Of a stretch of 64,000 bases of DNA, positions 10,279-22,149 are shown one piece after another; position 1 is the stretch's first letter; each line of letters opens with the position of its first letter. The notes under the pieces are model-generated. The model was not told the DNA's origin, did not search any database, and worked only from the letters and a program-made list of their open reading frames with translations. This stretch comes from Candidatus Bipolaricaulota bacterium (GTDB lineage Bacteria; Bipolaricaulota; Bipolaricaulia; UBA7950; UBA9294), in NCBI GenBank assembly GCA_030606565.1, contig JAUWGE010000005.1, forward strand, positions 7,777 to 71,776, in the 5' to 3' direction. The translations under genes and the position numbers were made by a program.

Positions 10279-10538
10279 TTGACCGAGTCTCCTATTTTAA
10301 AGTGTAACAGAAAAACGGGTTGAAAGTCTGTAACACAGATCACGACTACGGAACGAGCCCGCTCTAAACCAATTACACCACGTGCCGTCAGACTGAAGCG
10401 GTGGGAAAAGGCCCCAAGGCTGTCCTGAAAATACAAAGGGCTTCATCTCCTGTTTGCGAAATGGGGATCGGTTTCCTAAACTCATGCTCGCCGTTTACAA
10501 CCAGCTGAATCATAAAGCGCAAATTCGAGGAGGAAACA

Positions 10539-12695
10539 ATGGCGACAAACACGGGGTATCTGGTCATCTCAGAGATGTCATACGAGCCTTCCCCAATAAA
10601 TCGTGGCTATGCGGGGCAAACGCTGTACGTAAATATCGGCTCTGGGACTATCGAGAGTCGACCGGTGACCCCAAAGATGAAAGAGACCTTCACCGGCGGG
10701 CGCGGGTTTGGCCTGTGGCGGCTGTGGAACGCGGTCAATGAGAAGACTAAGTGGAACGACCCGGAGAACGAGATCGTGATCGGCGCGGGTCCGATCGGGG
10801 GGATCACCACCTACCCCGGATCTGGGAAGTCGCTTGTGGTAAGCCTTTCTCCGACCACAGGTAGCGTGATCGACTCTAACGTTGGGGGTTACTTCGGCCC
10901 CTACCTCAAGTTCTCGGGCTGGGACGCCCTGGAGGTACAGGGGAAGAGCAACAGGGAGGTAATCATCCTCATCGACGGAGACAAAGGATTTGTGCAGATC
11001 CTCGAGTGCCCGGAGAAGGATCTAAACACGCACATCCTCTCGGAGAGACTGACGCACACCTTCGCCGAATCGGATGCCCCAAGAGACCTTCTTGCCATCT
11101 CCACTGTCTCCGCGGGCATTGGTGCGCAGCACACGCACATCGGCTGCCTCAATTTCAGCTTCTTCGATATGAAGCGGAAGATTCCACGAGTGAAGCAGGC
11201 CGGCCGTGGAGGTATCGGGACGGTCTTCCGCGACAAAAAGATCGCGGCGTTGGTGGTGAAGTACTCCGGCGTGCGTCCCGACTCCAACCATCCGGCCGAT
11301 CTCGAACTATTGAAGCAGACCGGCGAACGAATCAATAAGGAGATCTTCGAGCTCGATTCCTCGCAGTGCGACATGCGCCACATTGGGACCACGCACTTGG
11401 TGGAGATCATGAACGAGTACGACCTTTTGCCGATCCATAACTACAAGTTTGGCTCCCACCCCGAGGCGGATAAGATCTCCTCACCAGTATGGAGGAAGCG
11501 GTTTACCCAAAACATGCCGGATGGGTGCTGGCTTGGCTGTACCATGTCTTGCTCGCACGCGGTCGATCACTTTTCGCTGAAGACCGGGCCTTACAAGGGA
11601 ACAGAGGTGACCGTGGACGGGCCGGAATACGAGACCGTCGCTGGAAGCGCTAACATGGGGATCTTCGACCCCGACTTCGTTCTGGAGATGAACTTCTACT
11701 GCGATACCTACGGGATCGATACGATCTCCTACACGACAGCGATGGCGTTCGTCATGGAGTGCTACGAGGCTGGCATCTTAAATGAGGAGTCGACCAACGG
11801 GCTTGATCTTCACTTCGGCAACAGCGAAGCTGCACTTAAATTGCTTCACGAGATGGGGCGCGGTGAGGGATTCGGTGCTATCGTTGGCCAGGGGATCCGC
11901 AGGATGAAGGAGTTCTTTATCAACAAGTATGGGGCCGACCCCGCCTTCCTGCAGGATATCGGCATGGAGTGCAAAGGGATGGAGTACTCCGAGTACGTAA
12001 CCAAGGAGTCGCTTGCCATGCAGGGTGGTTACGGACTTGCTTTAAAAGGGCCGCAGCACGACGAGGCATGGCTGATCTTCATGGACATGGTCAATAACCA
12101 GATCCCGACTTTTAAGGACAAAGCTGAGGCTCTCCACTACTTCCCGATGTGGCGGACCTGGTTCGGCTTAATGGGCCTATGCAAGCTCCCATGGAACGAT
12201 ATTGAACCGGCAGACAACGCGCAGACCGACGAGCCAGCCAAGGTCCCAGAGCACGTGCAGAACTACTGCGACCTCTTCGCTGGGGTAACCGGCATCAAGG
12301 TCACTCCGAACGATCTGATTCTCCAATCGGAGCGGGTATACAACTTCCAGCGTGTGTTCAACCTACGCATGGGGTTCGGCAGGCGTAAACACGATGCCAT
12401 CCCCTACCGCTCTGCCGGTCCAGTTACGCAGGAGGAGTACGACTCCCGTGCCCACCGCTACGACGAGCAATTGCGGGAAAAGGTGGGGATTGATCCCGAA
12501 GGGATGAGCACAGCAGAGAAGGTGAAGGCCCTGCGCGCCTTCCGCGAGGAGCAGTATGAGAAGCTGTGCGACGCAGTCTATGTGCGCCGTGGCTGGACGA
12601 GCGATGGAGTCCCCACTGTCGAGACGTTGAAGCGGCTCAAAATCGACTTTCCAGACGTGGTTAAGACCGTTAGGCCATACCAAGAAGGCGATTAA
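10539..12695 (+). CDS. Aldehyde:ferredoxin oxidoreductase (AOR) family tungsten/molybdopterin enzyme
   Basis: RBS GAGGAGG. N-terminus MATNTGYLVISEMSYEPSPINRGYAGQTLYVNIGSG is AOR-like. Cys-rich DGCWLGCTMSCSH cluster motif. Typical AOR C-terminal domain. At 718 aa it is longer than canonical roughly 600-aa AORs. Confidence 0.85.
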   Translation: MATNTGYLVISEMSYEPSPINRGYAGQTLYVNIGSGTIESRPVTPKMKETFTGGRGFGLWRLWNAVNEKTKWNDPENEIVIGAGPIGGITTYPGSGKSLVVSLSPTTGSVIDSNVGGYFGPYLKFSGWDALEVQGKSNREVIILIDGDKGFVQILECPEKDLNTHILSERLTHTFAESDAPRDLLAISTVSAGIGAQHTHIGCLNFSFFDMKRKIPRVKQAGRGGIGTVFRDKKIAALVVKYSGVRPDSNHPADLELLKQTGERINKEIFELDSSQCDMRHIGTTHLVEIMNEYDLLPIHNYKFGSHPEADKISSPVWRKRFTQNMPDGCWLGCTMSCSHAVDHFSLKTGPYKGTEVTVDGPEYETVAGSANMGIFDPDFVLEMNFYCDTYGIDTISYTTAMAFVMECYEAGILNEESTNGLDLHFGNSEAALKLLHEMGRGEGFGAIVGQGIRRMKEFFINKYGADPAFLQDIGMECKGMEYSEYVTKESLAMQGGYGLALKGPQHDEAWLIFMDMVNNQIPTFKDKAEALHYFPMWRTWFGLMGLCKLPWNDIEPADNAQTDEPAKVPEHVQNYCDLFAGVTGIKVTPNDLILQSERVYNFQRVFNLRMGFGRRKHDAIPYRSAGPVTQEEYDSRAHRYDEQLREKVGIDPEGMSTAEKVKALRAFREEQYEKLCDAVYVRRGWTSDGVPTVETLKRLKIDFPDVVKTVRPYQEGD

Positions 12696-12705
12696 TGGTG
12701 GTCCA

Positions 12706-13395
12706 ATGAAACGGATAGGAATCCTCGGAGGAACGAGCCCAGAGTCGACCGTCTCTTATTATGAACGGATCACACGCGAGTACACGCGGCGTTTCGGCAA
12801 CTACGCCTACCCAGAAATCGTGATCTACAGCGTTTCGTTTCAGGAGTTCGTCGCTTGGCAAAGAGAAGGAAATTGGGACGCAATAGCCGCCAAGATGGCT
12901 GAGATCTTCTGCATCCTCGCCGATGCCGGTGCCGAGATCGGCCTGATCGCTGCCAATACGCTGCACCGCGTCTTCGACGCTGTAGCTAACGAAAGCCCAA
13001 TCCCGCTCCTTCATATCGTCGATGCCACCGCGGCGGCAATTAAGGCGAAAAATTGCTCAACGGTAGGGCTCCTCGGCACTCGTTATACGATGCAGGGGGC
13101 GTTCTACGTCGATCGCCTCACTTCCCACGGGATTTCAACCATCATCCCTGAGAAAAACCAACAAGAGGAGATCCACCGTGTGATTTACGAAGAGCTCACG
13201 CGCGGGATCATAAAGCCTTCATCAAAAGACCACTACTTAGCGATCATCGCTTCACTGAAAGAACGCGGTGCGGATGGGATCATACTTGGATGCACGGAGA
13301 TCCCCCTGCTCGTTCAGGATGGGGATTGCGACCTCCCGTTATTCGATACAGCTATCATCCACGCCGATGCGGCGCTAGAAGAAGCCCTTAAATAG
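12706..13395 (+). CDS. Asp/Glu/hydantoin racemase family protein (aspartate racemase-like)
   Basis: MKRIGILGGTSPESTVSYYERI and a later GADGIILGCTEIPLL are characteristic of PF01177 racemases. 229 aa. Confidence 0.8.
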   Translation: MKRIGILGGTSPESTVSYYERITREYTRRFGNYAYPEIVIYSVSFQEFVAWQREGNWDAIAAKMAEIFCILADAGAEIGLIAANTLHRVFDAVANESPIPLLHIVDATAAAIKAKNCSTVGLLGTRYTMQGAFYVDRLTSHGISTIIPEKNQQEEIHRVIYEELTRGIIKPSSKDHYLAIIASLKERGADGIILGCTEIPLLVQDGDCDLPLFDTAIIHADAALEEALK

Positions 13396-15414
<2,019 letters not shown>

Positions 15415-15489
15415 CCTTTCTCTCTCCCCGTTCCTGCCCCTGCTTTGGTCCCCAGAAGTCGCTACAATAATCATGCGTAAGGAGGAAAG

Positions 15490-15699
15490 ATGAGACGACA
15501 ACCCGGGTTGGTCATTGAGGTTGCATGGCTTAACCCGTTCCTCAAGCTGGGAGCGAGCGTTGCCCTGACCCCACGTGGCTATTTAACCGGCTTCACTACA
15601 GAAGGGTTGATCGGAACGCGGATCGCGCTTGTGGACCAGATAGGAACGCTCCTTGATATTCACTACCTGGCACGCTTCTCTGATATCGTCTCGTTCTAG
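15490..15699 (+). CDS. Small hypothetical protein (69 aa), likely co-transcribed with the downstream methyltransferase and murE
   Basis: Perfect RBS AAGGAGGAAAG ahead of the ATG at 15490. Its stop TAG is immediately followed by the ATG of the next gene at 15700. Confidence 0.45.
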   Translation: MRRQPGLVIEVAWLNPFLKLGASVALTPRGYLTGFTTEGLIGTRIALVDQIGTLLDIHYLARFSDIVSF

Positions 15700-16230
15700 A
15701 TGGCGCTGTACTTAGTGATCGCCCTCGGTGCTCTTACGGTCGCATGGGTAGGATGGAACCGCACCCTCGACGCGTTGTGGCAGCCGACCGACCGAGTGAC
15801 CATGCGACGGATCCTTGACCTTGCCAAAGTGAAAGAGGGGGAACATGTCCTTGACCTCGGCTGTGGGGACGGACGGTTTGTGGTCGCTGCGGCGCGCGAA
15901 TTCAAGGCACGTGCGACCGGGATCGAGATCGACCCGTTTCGCGTCCTGTGGGCAAAGGCATGGCTTCTCCTTGCCGGCCTCTCCCAGCGCGGCGCGCGGA
16001 TCATCTGGGGGAACATGTACACGGCCGATCTCTCCAACGCTGACGTTGTGATCCTTTTCCTCTCCGCCAAAGCTAACTTTCGACTACAGGAACGACTGCG
16101 CCGCGAGCTCAAGGAGGGAGCGCGGATAGTCTCCTACTACCACCCAATATGGGGCTGGAAACCGGAAGAAATTGGCGAAACCAAGAAGGGTTACCCCCTC
16201 TACCTCTATCGAATCAAAGGGAAAGAATGA
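15700..16230 (+). CDS. Class I SAM-dependent methyltransferase (small, with N-terminal TM helix)
   Basis: VLDLGCGDGRFVVAAARE is a SAM-binding motif I. 176 aa. Confidence 0.7.
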   Translation: MALYLVIALGALTVAWVGWNRTLDALWQPTDRVTMRRILDLAKVKEGEHVLDLGCGDGRFVVAAAREFKARATGIEIDPFRVLWAKAWLLLAGLSQRGARIIWGNMYTADLSNADVVILFLSAKANFRLQERLRRELKEGARIVSYYHPIWGWKPEEIGETKKGYPLYLYRIKGKE

Positions 16231-17663
16231 CACGAAATCTCGCTTCACTGGTCAAAGTGCTAAGGCTGCCCTCCCAAGCGGAGTGGCAAGAGGTTGAGAT
16301 TACCGGGATCACTGAGGATTCTCGTCTGATCAAGCCTGGATTCCTATTTGTCGCCATCCGTGGGTACGTCGACGACGGTCACCGCTACATCGATGAAGCG
16401 ATTGCCCGCGGGGCAACCGCAGTTATCACAGAGCAGGATACCTCCTGCTCTGTGCCATGTATCAACGTGATCGATGCGAGGATAGCACTGGCAAGGCTGT
16501 CCGCCACCTTCTTTGGAGACCCAACGCAAGGGATGTTTACGGTCGGAGTAACGGGAACGAATGGGAAGACCACGGTCTGTCACCTGATCGCTCACCTATT
16601 GGACGAGGAGAAGACCGCCCTCATTAGCACCGTGGCGAACGAAGACCGCGGCCTGCAAGCGGTGACGACCCCGCCCAGTTCACTCATCCAACAGATCGCG
16701 CATGAAGCTGTGTCGGCAGAAAAGAAGAACCTCGTCGTTGAAGTCTCCTCAGCCGCGCTTGTGCTTCACCGCGTCGATCGAGTCGATTTTGACGCTGCCG
16801 TCTTCACCAACCTCACCCACGACCACCTCGACTTCCACGCGGACTGGGAGTCCTATCTTTCGGCAAAGCTTCTCCTCTTTCGGGGGTTGAAGCCGGAGGC
16901 CTGTGCAATCGTGAACGCAGACGATCCAGTTGCAGAACTAGTTCTTGCGGCCAACACGGGCCAGGCAGTCACCTATGCTATCCATAGCGATGCAGATCTG
17001 CGCGCGATCGACATTCACTACAAGCTCCGCGAGACGACGTTTACGCTCCGATCAGACGATGAAGCGGTGTCGACCAAACTGTGTTTATCTGGGGAGCATA
17101 ATCTGTACAACGCCCTCGCTGCAACCGCGGTCGTGATGTCAAAGGGGATGTCTCTTGGCGCGATCGCCGAACGCTTAGGCTCGGCGCACAACGTTGAGGG
17201 TCGCTACCAGTTCTTCCGGGCGCAAAATGGCGCTGCGGTAATTGTCGACTTTGCACACAGCCCCGACTCCCTTGAAAAGATGCTTAAATCACTGCGCCCT
17301 TACTACAAACGTGTAATCTGCGTATTTGGCTGCGGCGGGGAGAGCGACCGGAAGAAACGTCCGCTCATGGGGAAAATCAGCGGGGAACTCGCCGACCTGA
17401 CGATTCTCACAAGTGATAATCCCAAGACGGAGGATCCTCAAGTGATCCTCGATGAGATCGAGGCGGGGCTCATCCCAACAGGTGGGCGCTATGAGAAGAT
17501 CGTTGATCGCCGCGAGGCGATCCGCCGTGCGATTGACCCGGCAAACCCCGGTGATGTGATCCTCCTCGCCGGCAAAGGTCACGAACCCTACCAGATCATC
17601 GGTCACGAGTTTGTCCCCTACAGCGACGTTGGCTTCCTCCGCGAGGTGGGGTTGGTGGAATGA
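16227..17663 (+). CDS. murE: UDP-N-acetylmuramoyl-L-alanyl-D-glutamate--2,6-diaminopimelate ligase (MurE). The real start at 16227 overlaps the upstream stop (ATGA).
   Basis: GVTGTNGKTT P-loop. Mur ligase middle domain and C-terminal domain with SDNPKTEDP and LLAGKGHE motifs. Confidence 0.85.
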   Translation: MTRNLASLVKVLRLPSQAEWQEVEITGITEDSRLIKPGFLFVAIRGYVDDGHRYIDEAIARGATAVITEQDTSCSVPCINVIDARIALARLSATFFGDPTQGMFTVGVTGTNGKTTVCHLIAHLLDEEKTALISTVANEDRGLQAVTTPPSSLIQQIAHEAVSAEKKNLVVEVSSAALVLHRVDRVDFDAAVFTNLTHDHLDFHADWESYLSAKLLLFRGLKPEACAIVNADDPVAELVLAANTGQAVTYAIHSDADLRAIDIHYKLRETTFTLRSDDEAVSTKLCLSGEHNLYNALAATAVVMSKGMSLGAIAERLGSAHNVEGRYQFFRAQNGAAVIVDFAHSPDSLEKMLKSLRPYYKRVICVFGCGGESDRKKRPLMGKISGELADLTILTSDNPKTEDPQVILDEIEAGLIPTGGRYEKIVDRREAIRRAIDPANPGDVILLAGKGHEPYQIIGHEFVPYSDVGFLREVGLVE

Positions 17664-17759
17664 GGGAGCTTCCTTGAGACGGCCCAGCTGATTTTGAAAT
17701 TAAGGCAAGGGATTCCCAGATGCCATTGGAGCGCTTTCCCTGAAGAGAAGATGAAGGAA

Positions 17760-18332
17760 TCAGGGGGCCTCAATTGTGCTGAGAACCCGTTCGGCCGTCT
17801 GAGTAATTGTACCTTCCGCGTTAATGCGGATAACCTCCTCGCTTCGGGGCTCGGGTAGCGTGCCCACGATGTGTTGTTCTCGACCGGCCGTTTGCAGCCG
17901 ACGCTGACGCGTTTCCGTCGACGCCTCAAGCCAGAGGACAACATCGAAGAGGGAGCGATCGACGTGAGGGGAGGAGCCAAGGAGCGCCCCCTCAACAAGG
18001 AGGATCCTCGTCCCACGGGCTTCCTCGGCGCGGATTATCACCTGCAGGCGGTCGATCACCGCTGGATGGACGATCCCGTCCAGATCGGTGAGGGCCCTTT
18101 CATTAGAGAAGACGATCTCACTCAAGCGCGAGCGGTCGATCGCACCGTCTGCGTCCAGAATTCCCTCCCCAAAACGGGAGACAAGACGCCAGTAGGTAGG
18201 ACTTCGCGGACGGTAGGTCCCCCAAGCGACCTTGTCTAGGTCGATTCGCGCGATCCCCTCCCTCTTCGCGAGTTCCTGCGCCACAGCGCTCTTACCGCAT
18301 CCGGCTCCACCAGCAAGTCCGATTACCTTCAT
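17760..18332 (-). CDS. coaE: Dephospho-CoA kinase
   Basis: MKVIGLAGGAGCGKSAVAQEL P-loop at the N-terminus. 190 aa. Confidence 0.85.
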   Translation of the reverse strand: MKVIGLAGGAGCGKSAVAQELAKREGIARIDLDKVAWGTYRPRSPTYWRLVSRFGEGILDADGAIDRSRLSEIVFSNERALTDLDGIVHPAVIDRLQVIIRAEEARGTRILLVEGALLGSSPHVDRSLFDVVLWLEASTETRQRRLQTAGREQHIVGTLPEPRSEEVIRINAEGTITQTAERVLSTIEAP

Positions 18333-18492
18333 TCCTTCACAAAGGTAGCGCGATCGCCTCAGTGTGGCAAGGGGTTCTTATCGGAGATCGATCACTCAGG
18401 AGGAAAAGAGCACAGTCCTGTATCAGAGAAGGGGTATTAACAACGTTGAAACTGGAGAGGGATCTGGGTGTAGATCGATCGAGGTGATAAAG

Positions 18493-19251
18493 ATGAAAGC
18501 ACGACTGAGTATAAGCTTGACATTAATACTGATCGGTCTTGTGATTGCCTCGGCAATTGTAATGGCAAACGGAGCGCCGAATCCACTCGGGATTACCCCT
18601 ACTCCAACTCCGGGGCAGAACCTGACGGTCGGGGTGTGGACCGACAAATCGACCTACATGGTGGGCGAAACGATGCGGGTGTACTTCACGGTGAACCAAC
18701 CAGCCTACATCTATCTGTATGACATACAGCCGGACGGGATTGTGCGGCTGGTCTTCCCCAATGCCTTCTCGCAGAGCAACTTCGTCTATGCGGGGATGCA
18801 TGTCCTCCCGGATAAGCCGTCGTACCAATTCTCGGTGACCTACCCGACAGGGGTGGAGCAGTTGCAGATCTTTGCCAGTTTGACACCGCTTACTCTCACT
18901 CCCCCGGCTTACGGTGAGCCGTTCCCAATGGCCACCCCAGACGATATACAAGGCCACATCATGGGGATTACTCCCACACCGACCTGGGCGATGGGTTGGA
19001 CAGCGTTCACTATTACCGCGCCGACCTACAGTTATGCACCTCCTCCAAGTTACTCACCTCCTCCGAGTTATACCCCGCCTCAGTACCCCCCCTGCTACCC
19101 GCCGTTCTTCGGCTGGTGCTTCCCGGGAGGAAGCTGGTACTGGGGGTGCGGTGAGTGGCACTACGGCATGCCCTCAAGCGGGTGGTATTGGTACTTCGGA
19201 CCGGATGGTAAGTGGCACTTTACAATCCGCTTCCACTTTGGAGGAGAGTAG
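18493..19251 (+). CDS. Secreted DUF4384-domain protein with a Pro/Tyr-rich linker and a Trp/Gly/Cys-rich C-terminal tail. The ORF-track start at 18364 is probably upstream of the real start.
   Basis: Signal peptide MKARLSISLTLILIGLVIASAIVMANG. Core VGETMRVYFTVNQPAYIYLYDIQPDGIVRLVFPN matches the DUF4384 pattern. Tail PPSYSPPPSYTPPQYPPCYPPFFGWCFPGGSWYWGCGEWHYG. Confidence 0.6.
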   Translation: MKARLSISLTLILIGLVIASAIVMANGAPNPLGITPTPTPGQNLTVGVWTDKSTYMVGETMRVYFTVNQPAYIYLYDIQPDGIVRLVFPNAFSQSNFVYAGMHVLPDKPSYQFSVTYPTGVEQLQIFASLTPLTLTPPAYGEPFPMATPDDIQGHIMGITPTPTWAMGWTAFTITAPTYSYAPPPSYSPPPSYTPPQYPPCYPPFFGWCFPGGSWYWGCGEWHYGMPSSGWYWYFGPDGKWHFTIRFHFGGE

Positions 19252-19501
19252 CCTCATAGAATTAAGCCCCCCTGCAAAACCCACACCGGACTGAGAGGGC
19301 CCGTCAGTGACGGGTCCTCTCTCATTGTCCACCTTGCGGTAGGCCTCATAGTTTGCTTTCGATACCACTGTCTTCTCCGTACTTGTTCCCGCGGAAGACA
19401 TCCTTTTCTCACAGCTCGCCGGCCAAGGAGAACTGCCTAGCGGTGAACGCGCGCAGGCAAGCCTGTAGAATAAGGCAACCATTAGCTTGTGAGGAAGAGG
19501 T

Positions 19502-20716
19502 GTGGAACTTAACTGGAGCATTGAGCAGGCACGACTCTATCAACTTCGGGCAATCGGTCTGCATGGGACTCTATACCCATCAGGGGAGGCAGGGATCCGC
19601 GCGTGCTTCCGCGACCTTCAAGGAATTCAACTTGACCCACTTCCCGTCCTCGGCCGAAACCACGACCTAGTGATTCAGGCTCGCGTCGCAGGAACCCATC
19701 CCGGAGAGGCGCTTGAGTTGATTCACCGGGAGCGTTTAGGCTTTGAGTACTGGGACAAGGTCCTGTGCGTGATCCCGATTGAGGAGTTTCCACAGTTTCG
19801 TGCACTCATGACAGCCGGTGGGGAACCATGGGAGGCCAGGCGAGAGACCCGGCTGAACAAGGAGCACCCAGGAGCGATAGAGGCAGTCTATCGTGCCGTT
19901 GCCGAGCACGGCCCGATCTCGAGTCGTGAGTTGCGGGATCTCGATATAGCACAGGGCGACTACCGGGGCTGGAAGTCAACCAAAGCAGCGAACGCTGCCC
20001 TCGAGGTTCTGTGGAATCGGGGGAGGGTAAGCGTCTCCCGCCGCCGCAACTACCGCCGCTACTTCGACCTTAGCGAACGAGTGATCCCTGCCAAGTTCCA
20101 TGAAAGCGATCCCCCTTCGCTCGACTCGTTTTGGAGATACCTTTTAAAAAAACGCGTATGCACGGTTGGGCTCCTCCCAGCGCGGGGGGATGCTGAGGCA
20201 TGGGCTTTTTTGCGCAGCGCACGTGCCGACAAACTCCCCGAACGGCTCCTTGACGAGGAGGAGCTCACGGTAATACAGGTGGACGGGATCAAGACACCGT
20301 TCTACGTTCTTCCACAGGCTGAGGAGAACCTTTCACTAGCCGAGAAAGCAGTGTTCGATCACGACGCCCGTTTCATCGCCCCACTCGACCCCTTATTGTG
20401 GGCACGCAGTGCTTTCCGTCAGCTGTGGAATTTCGAGTACGTCTGGGAGGTATATAAACCGACAGCGAAGCGTCGCTTTGGCTACTATGTTTTACCTATC
20501 CTCTACCGTGATCGATTCGTCGGCCGATTTGACGGCCGCTACGACCGCGCCGAGAAGATCCTCCACATTCTCACTTACTACGAAGAACCTGACGGACTGC
20601 CCCTGTCGCATCCAGCGATCCATACTGGGTTTCAGCGCTTCCTCTTCTACCTCAGCGGGGAACAGATCCTTCTTCCGACCGGTGAAGTTTGGAAGAGGAA
20701 GGGATTAAGCGAGTGA
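19502..20716 (+). CDS. Winged-helix DNA glycosylase-like protein (YcaQ/AlkZ family, DUF1006-like). Weak, memory-based assignment.
   Basis: N-terminus ...ARLYQLRAIGLHG... resembles crosslink-repair glycosylase YcaQ-like proteins. About 400 aa. Confidence 0.5.
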   Translation: MELNWSIEQARLYQLRAIGLHGTLYPSGEAGIRACFRDLQGIQLDPLPVLGRNHDLVIQARVAGTHPGEALELIHRERLGFEYWDKVLCVIPIEEFPQFRALMTAGGEPWEARRETRLNKEHPGAIEAVYRAVAEHGPISSRELRDLDIAQGDYRGWKSTKAANAALEVLWNRGRVSVSRRRNYRRYFDLSERVIPAKFHESDPPSLDSFWRYLLKKRVCTVGLLPARGDAEAWAFLRSARADKLPERLLDEEELTVIQVDGIKTPFYVLPQAEENLSLAEKAVFDHDARFIAPLDPLLWARSAFRQLWNFEYVWEVYKPTAKRRFGYYVLPILYRDRFVGRFDGRYDRAEKILHILTYYEEPDGLPLSHPAIHTGFQRFLFYLSGEQILLPTGEVWKRKGLSE

Positions 20717-20785
20717 ATGATTGAGTGATTTAGCGATTTACCCTCCGAATCTTTCAATTATCCGATCATTCAATCGTTTAATCTC

Positions 20786-21988
20786 TCAATTACCAAGCGG
20801 CATCTCGTAGATCCGCCAGGTCTTGTAGCGACGGCCGCCCATCGCTTCTGAGGCTCTTAGGATGAGGTCATTATCCTCTAGTAGCATCGATGGTTCACAC
20901 GTGCGGTACCCGCGTTCTCGGGCGTAAGCCAAACACTCGTGGAATAAAATGGCATCGACTCCCTGATTGCGAAACCTAGGTCGGACTCCGAAGAACATCA
21001 GACGGATGCGGGGAATATGGCGGCGGGTCAACAGCAGGCGGGTAACACGCATAAAATCAGTATCGAACAACCGATTCCAACGAGGGCGGAATGGGACGTT
21101 TGGATCAGGAAGCGCACCGAGAACGGCAGCAAGTTCGCCGTTCACGTAAGCAAAGCGCATCAGGCCGGGGTCGGCAACCAACTTTAGACTAGCAGCCATC
21201 GCCTCTGCTTCAGCATCGGTCAGCGGCAGGAATCCCCAGTTGTTCTCCCAGGCCTCGTTGTAGATGGTGACAATCCGGTCGACCTCCTCCCGTACGTGAG
21301 AGAGGTCGATCCTCCGCGTTTCGATTTGTCGCCGTGCACGGACCTGGGAAACGATCCGCTCCAGCCTTTCGTCCGGCATACCGTCGATCTCGATCAGGTA
21401 AGCGTGATAGTCCTTGACCTTGACCAAACCGTAACGCTCAAGTAACTGCCCGTAGTAGGGAGGGTTATGAGTCAGTTCCACTGTCGGCGGCGTGTCGAAG
21501 CCATCCACAAGGATCCCTTGGTGCGACTCGTGCCCTGCCGTGGAATAGCCACCTGGTCCTCGCATTACCTCCATTCCCCTTTCCTTCAGCCAATCCCGCG
21601 CGCGATCAAGGAGCCCCTTCGTCACCGCAAAGTCATCGGTGGTCTCGAAGAAACCGAAGAAACCGATCCGCGCGTGATAGTGCTCATTAAAGCGGCGGTT
21701 GACCGCAGCAGAGACCCTTCCAAGGAGTCTTCTCCCCGCCCGCGCGAGGAAGTGTGTCGCTTCAGCGTCCCGGTGATAGGGATGGGCCGGAGTGAGAAGG
21801 CCAGTAATCCGCAAGAGACGGTTCCCAAGGAGGTCAGCACGAAGCGGCGGGGTCCAGTTAGGATCACCATGATGTAACTGCCAGGGCACCGCAACGAACG
21901 ATTTCAACCGCGGGTCGCCTAAAGGGATCTCGTCGATTAAAAAGTCCATCTCACCTCTTGCTAGTTTAAAGTTCCTCCCATTATGCAT
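20786..21988 (-). CDS. GNAT-fold acyltransferase-like protein (about 400 aa). Function unknown.
   Basis: C-terminal RFRNQGVDAILFHECLAYARERGY resembles the GNAT acyl-CoA binding motif (Q/R-x-x-G-x-G/A). Confidence 0.45.
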   Translation of the reverse strand: MHNGRNFKLARGEMDFLIDEIPLGDPRLKSFVAVPWQLHHGDPNWTPPLRADLLGNRLLRITGLLTPAHPYHRDAEATHFLARAGRRLLGRVSAAVNRRFNEHYHARIGFFGFFETTDDFAVTKGLLDRARDWLKERGMEVMRGPGGYSTAGHESHQGILVDGFDTPPTVELTHNPPYYGQLLERYGLVKVKDYHAYLIEIDGMPDERLERIVSQVRARRQIETRRIDLSHVREEVDRIVTIYNEAWENNWGFLPLTDAEAEAMAASLKLVADPGLMRFAYVNGELAAVLGALPDPNVPFRPRWNRLFDTDFMRVTRLLLTRRHIPRIRLMFFGVRPRFRNQGVDAILFHECLAYARERGYRTCEPSMLLEDNDLILRASEAMGGRRYKTWRIYEMPLGN

Positions 21989-22149
21989 AAACCGAGCCTT
22001 AAAAGAAAAAATGCTACGCTTTCAAAGGGCTCACCTACAGTTACTCCGTCACAGGATGGGTGACAGAACGCCTCTTTCTCCACTTTTAGAGTGGACCGTC
22101 CCTTTGGCCTAGGTTGATCTTTTCCGAAGGTGAGGTTATCCCTATCGAT

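Noticed and set aside
19285-19325. Imperfect hairpin GAGAGGGCCCGTC-AGT-GACGGGTCCTCTC downstream of the DUF4384 gene as a terminator
   Set aside because: One mismatch in the stem and no U-tract; too weak to call.
20717-20785. AT-rich low-complexity segment with reiterated TCAAT/GATT motifs between the convergent YcaQ-like and GNAT-like genes
   Set aside because: Short and without a stable hairpin or clear repeat unit. Probably just an AT-rich 3' spacer; not enough evidence for a binding-site array.
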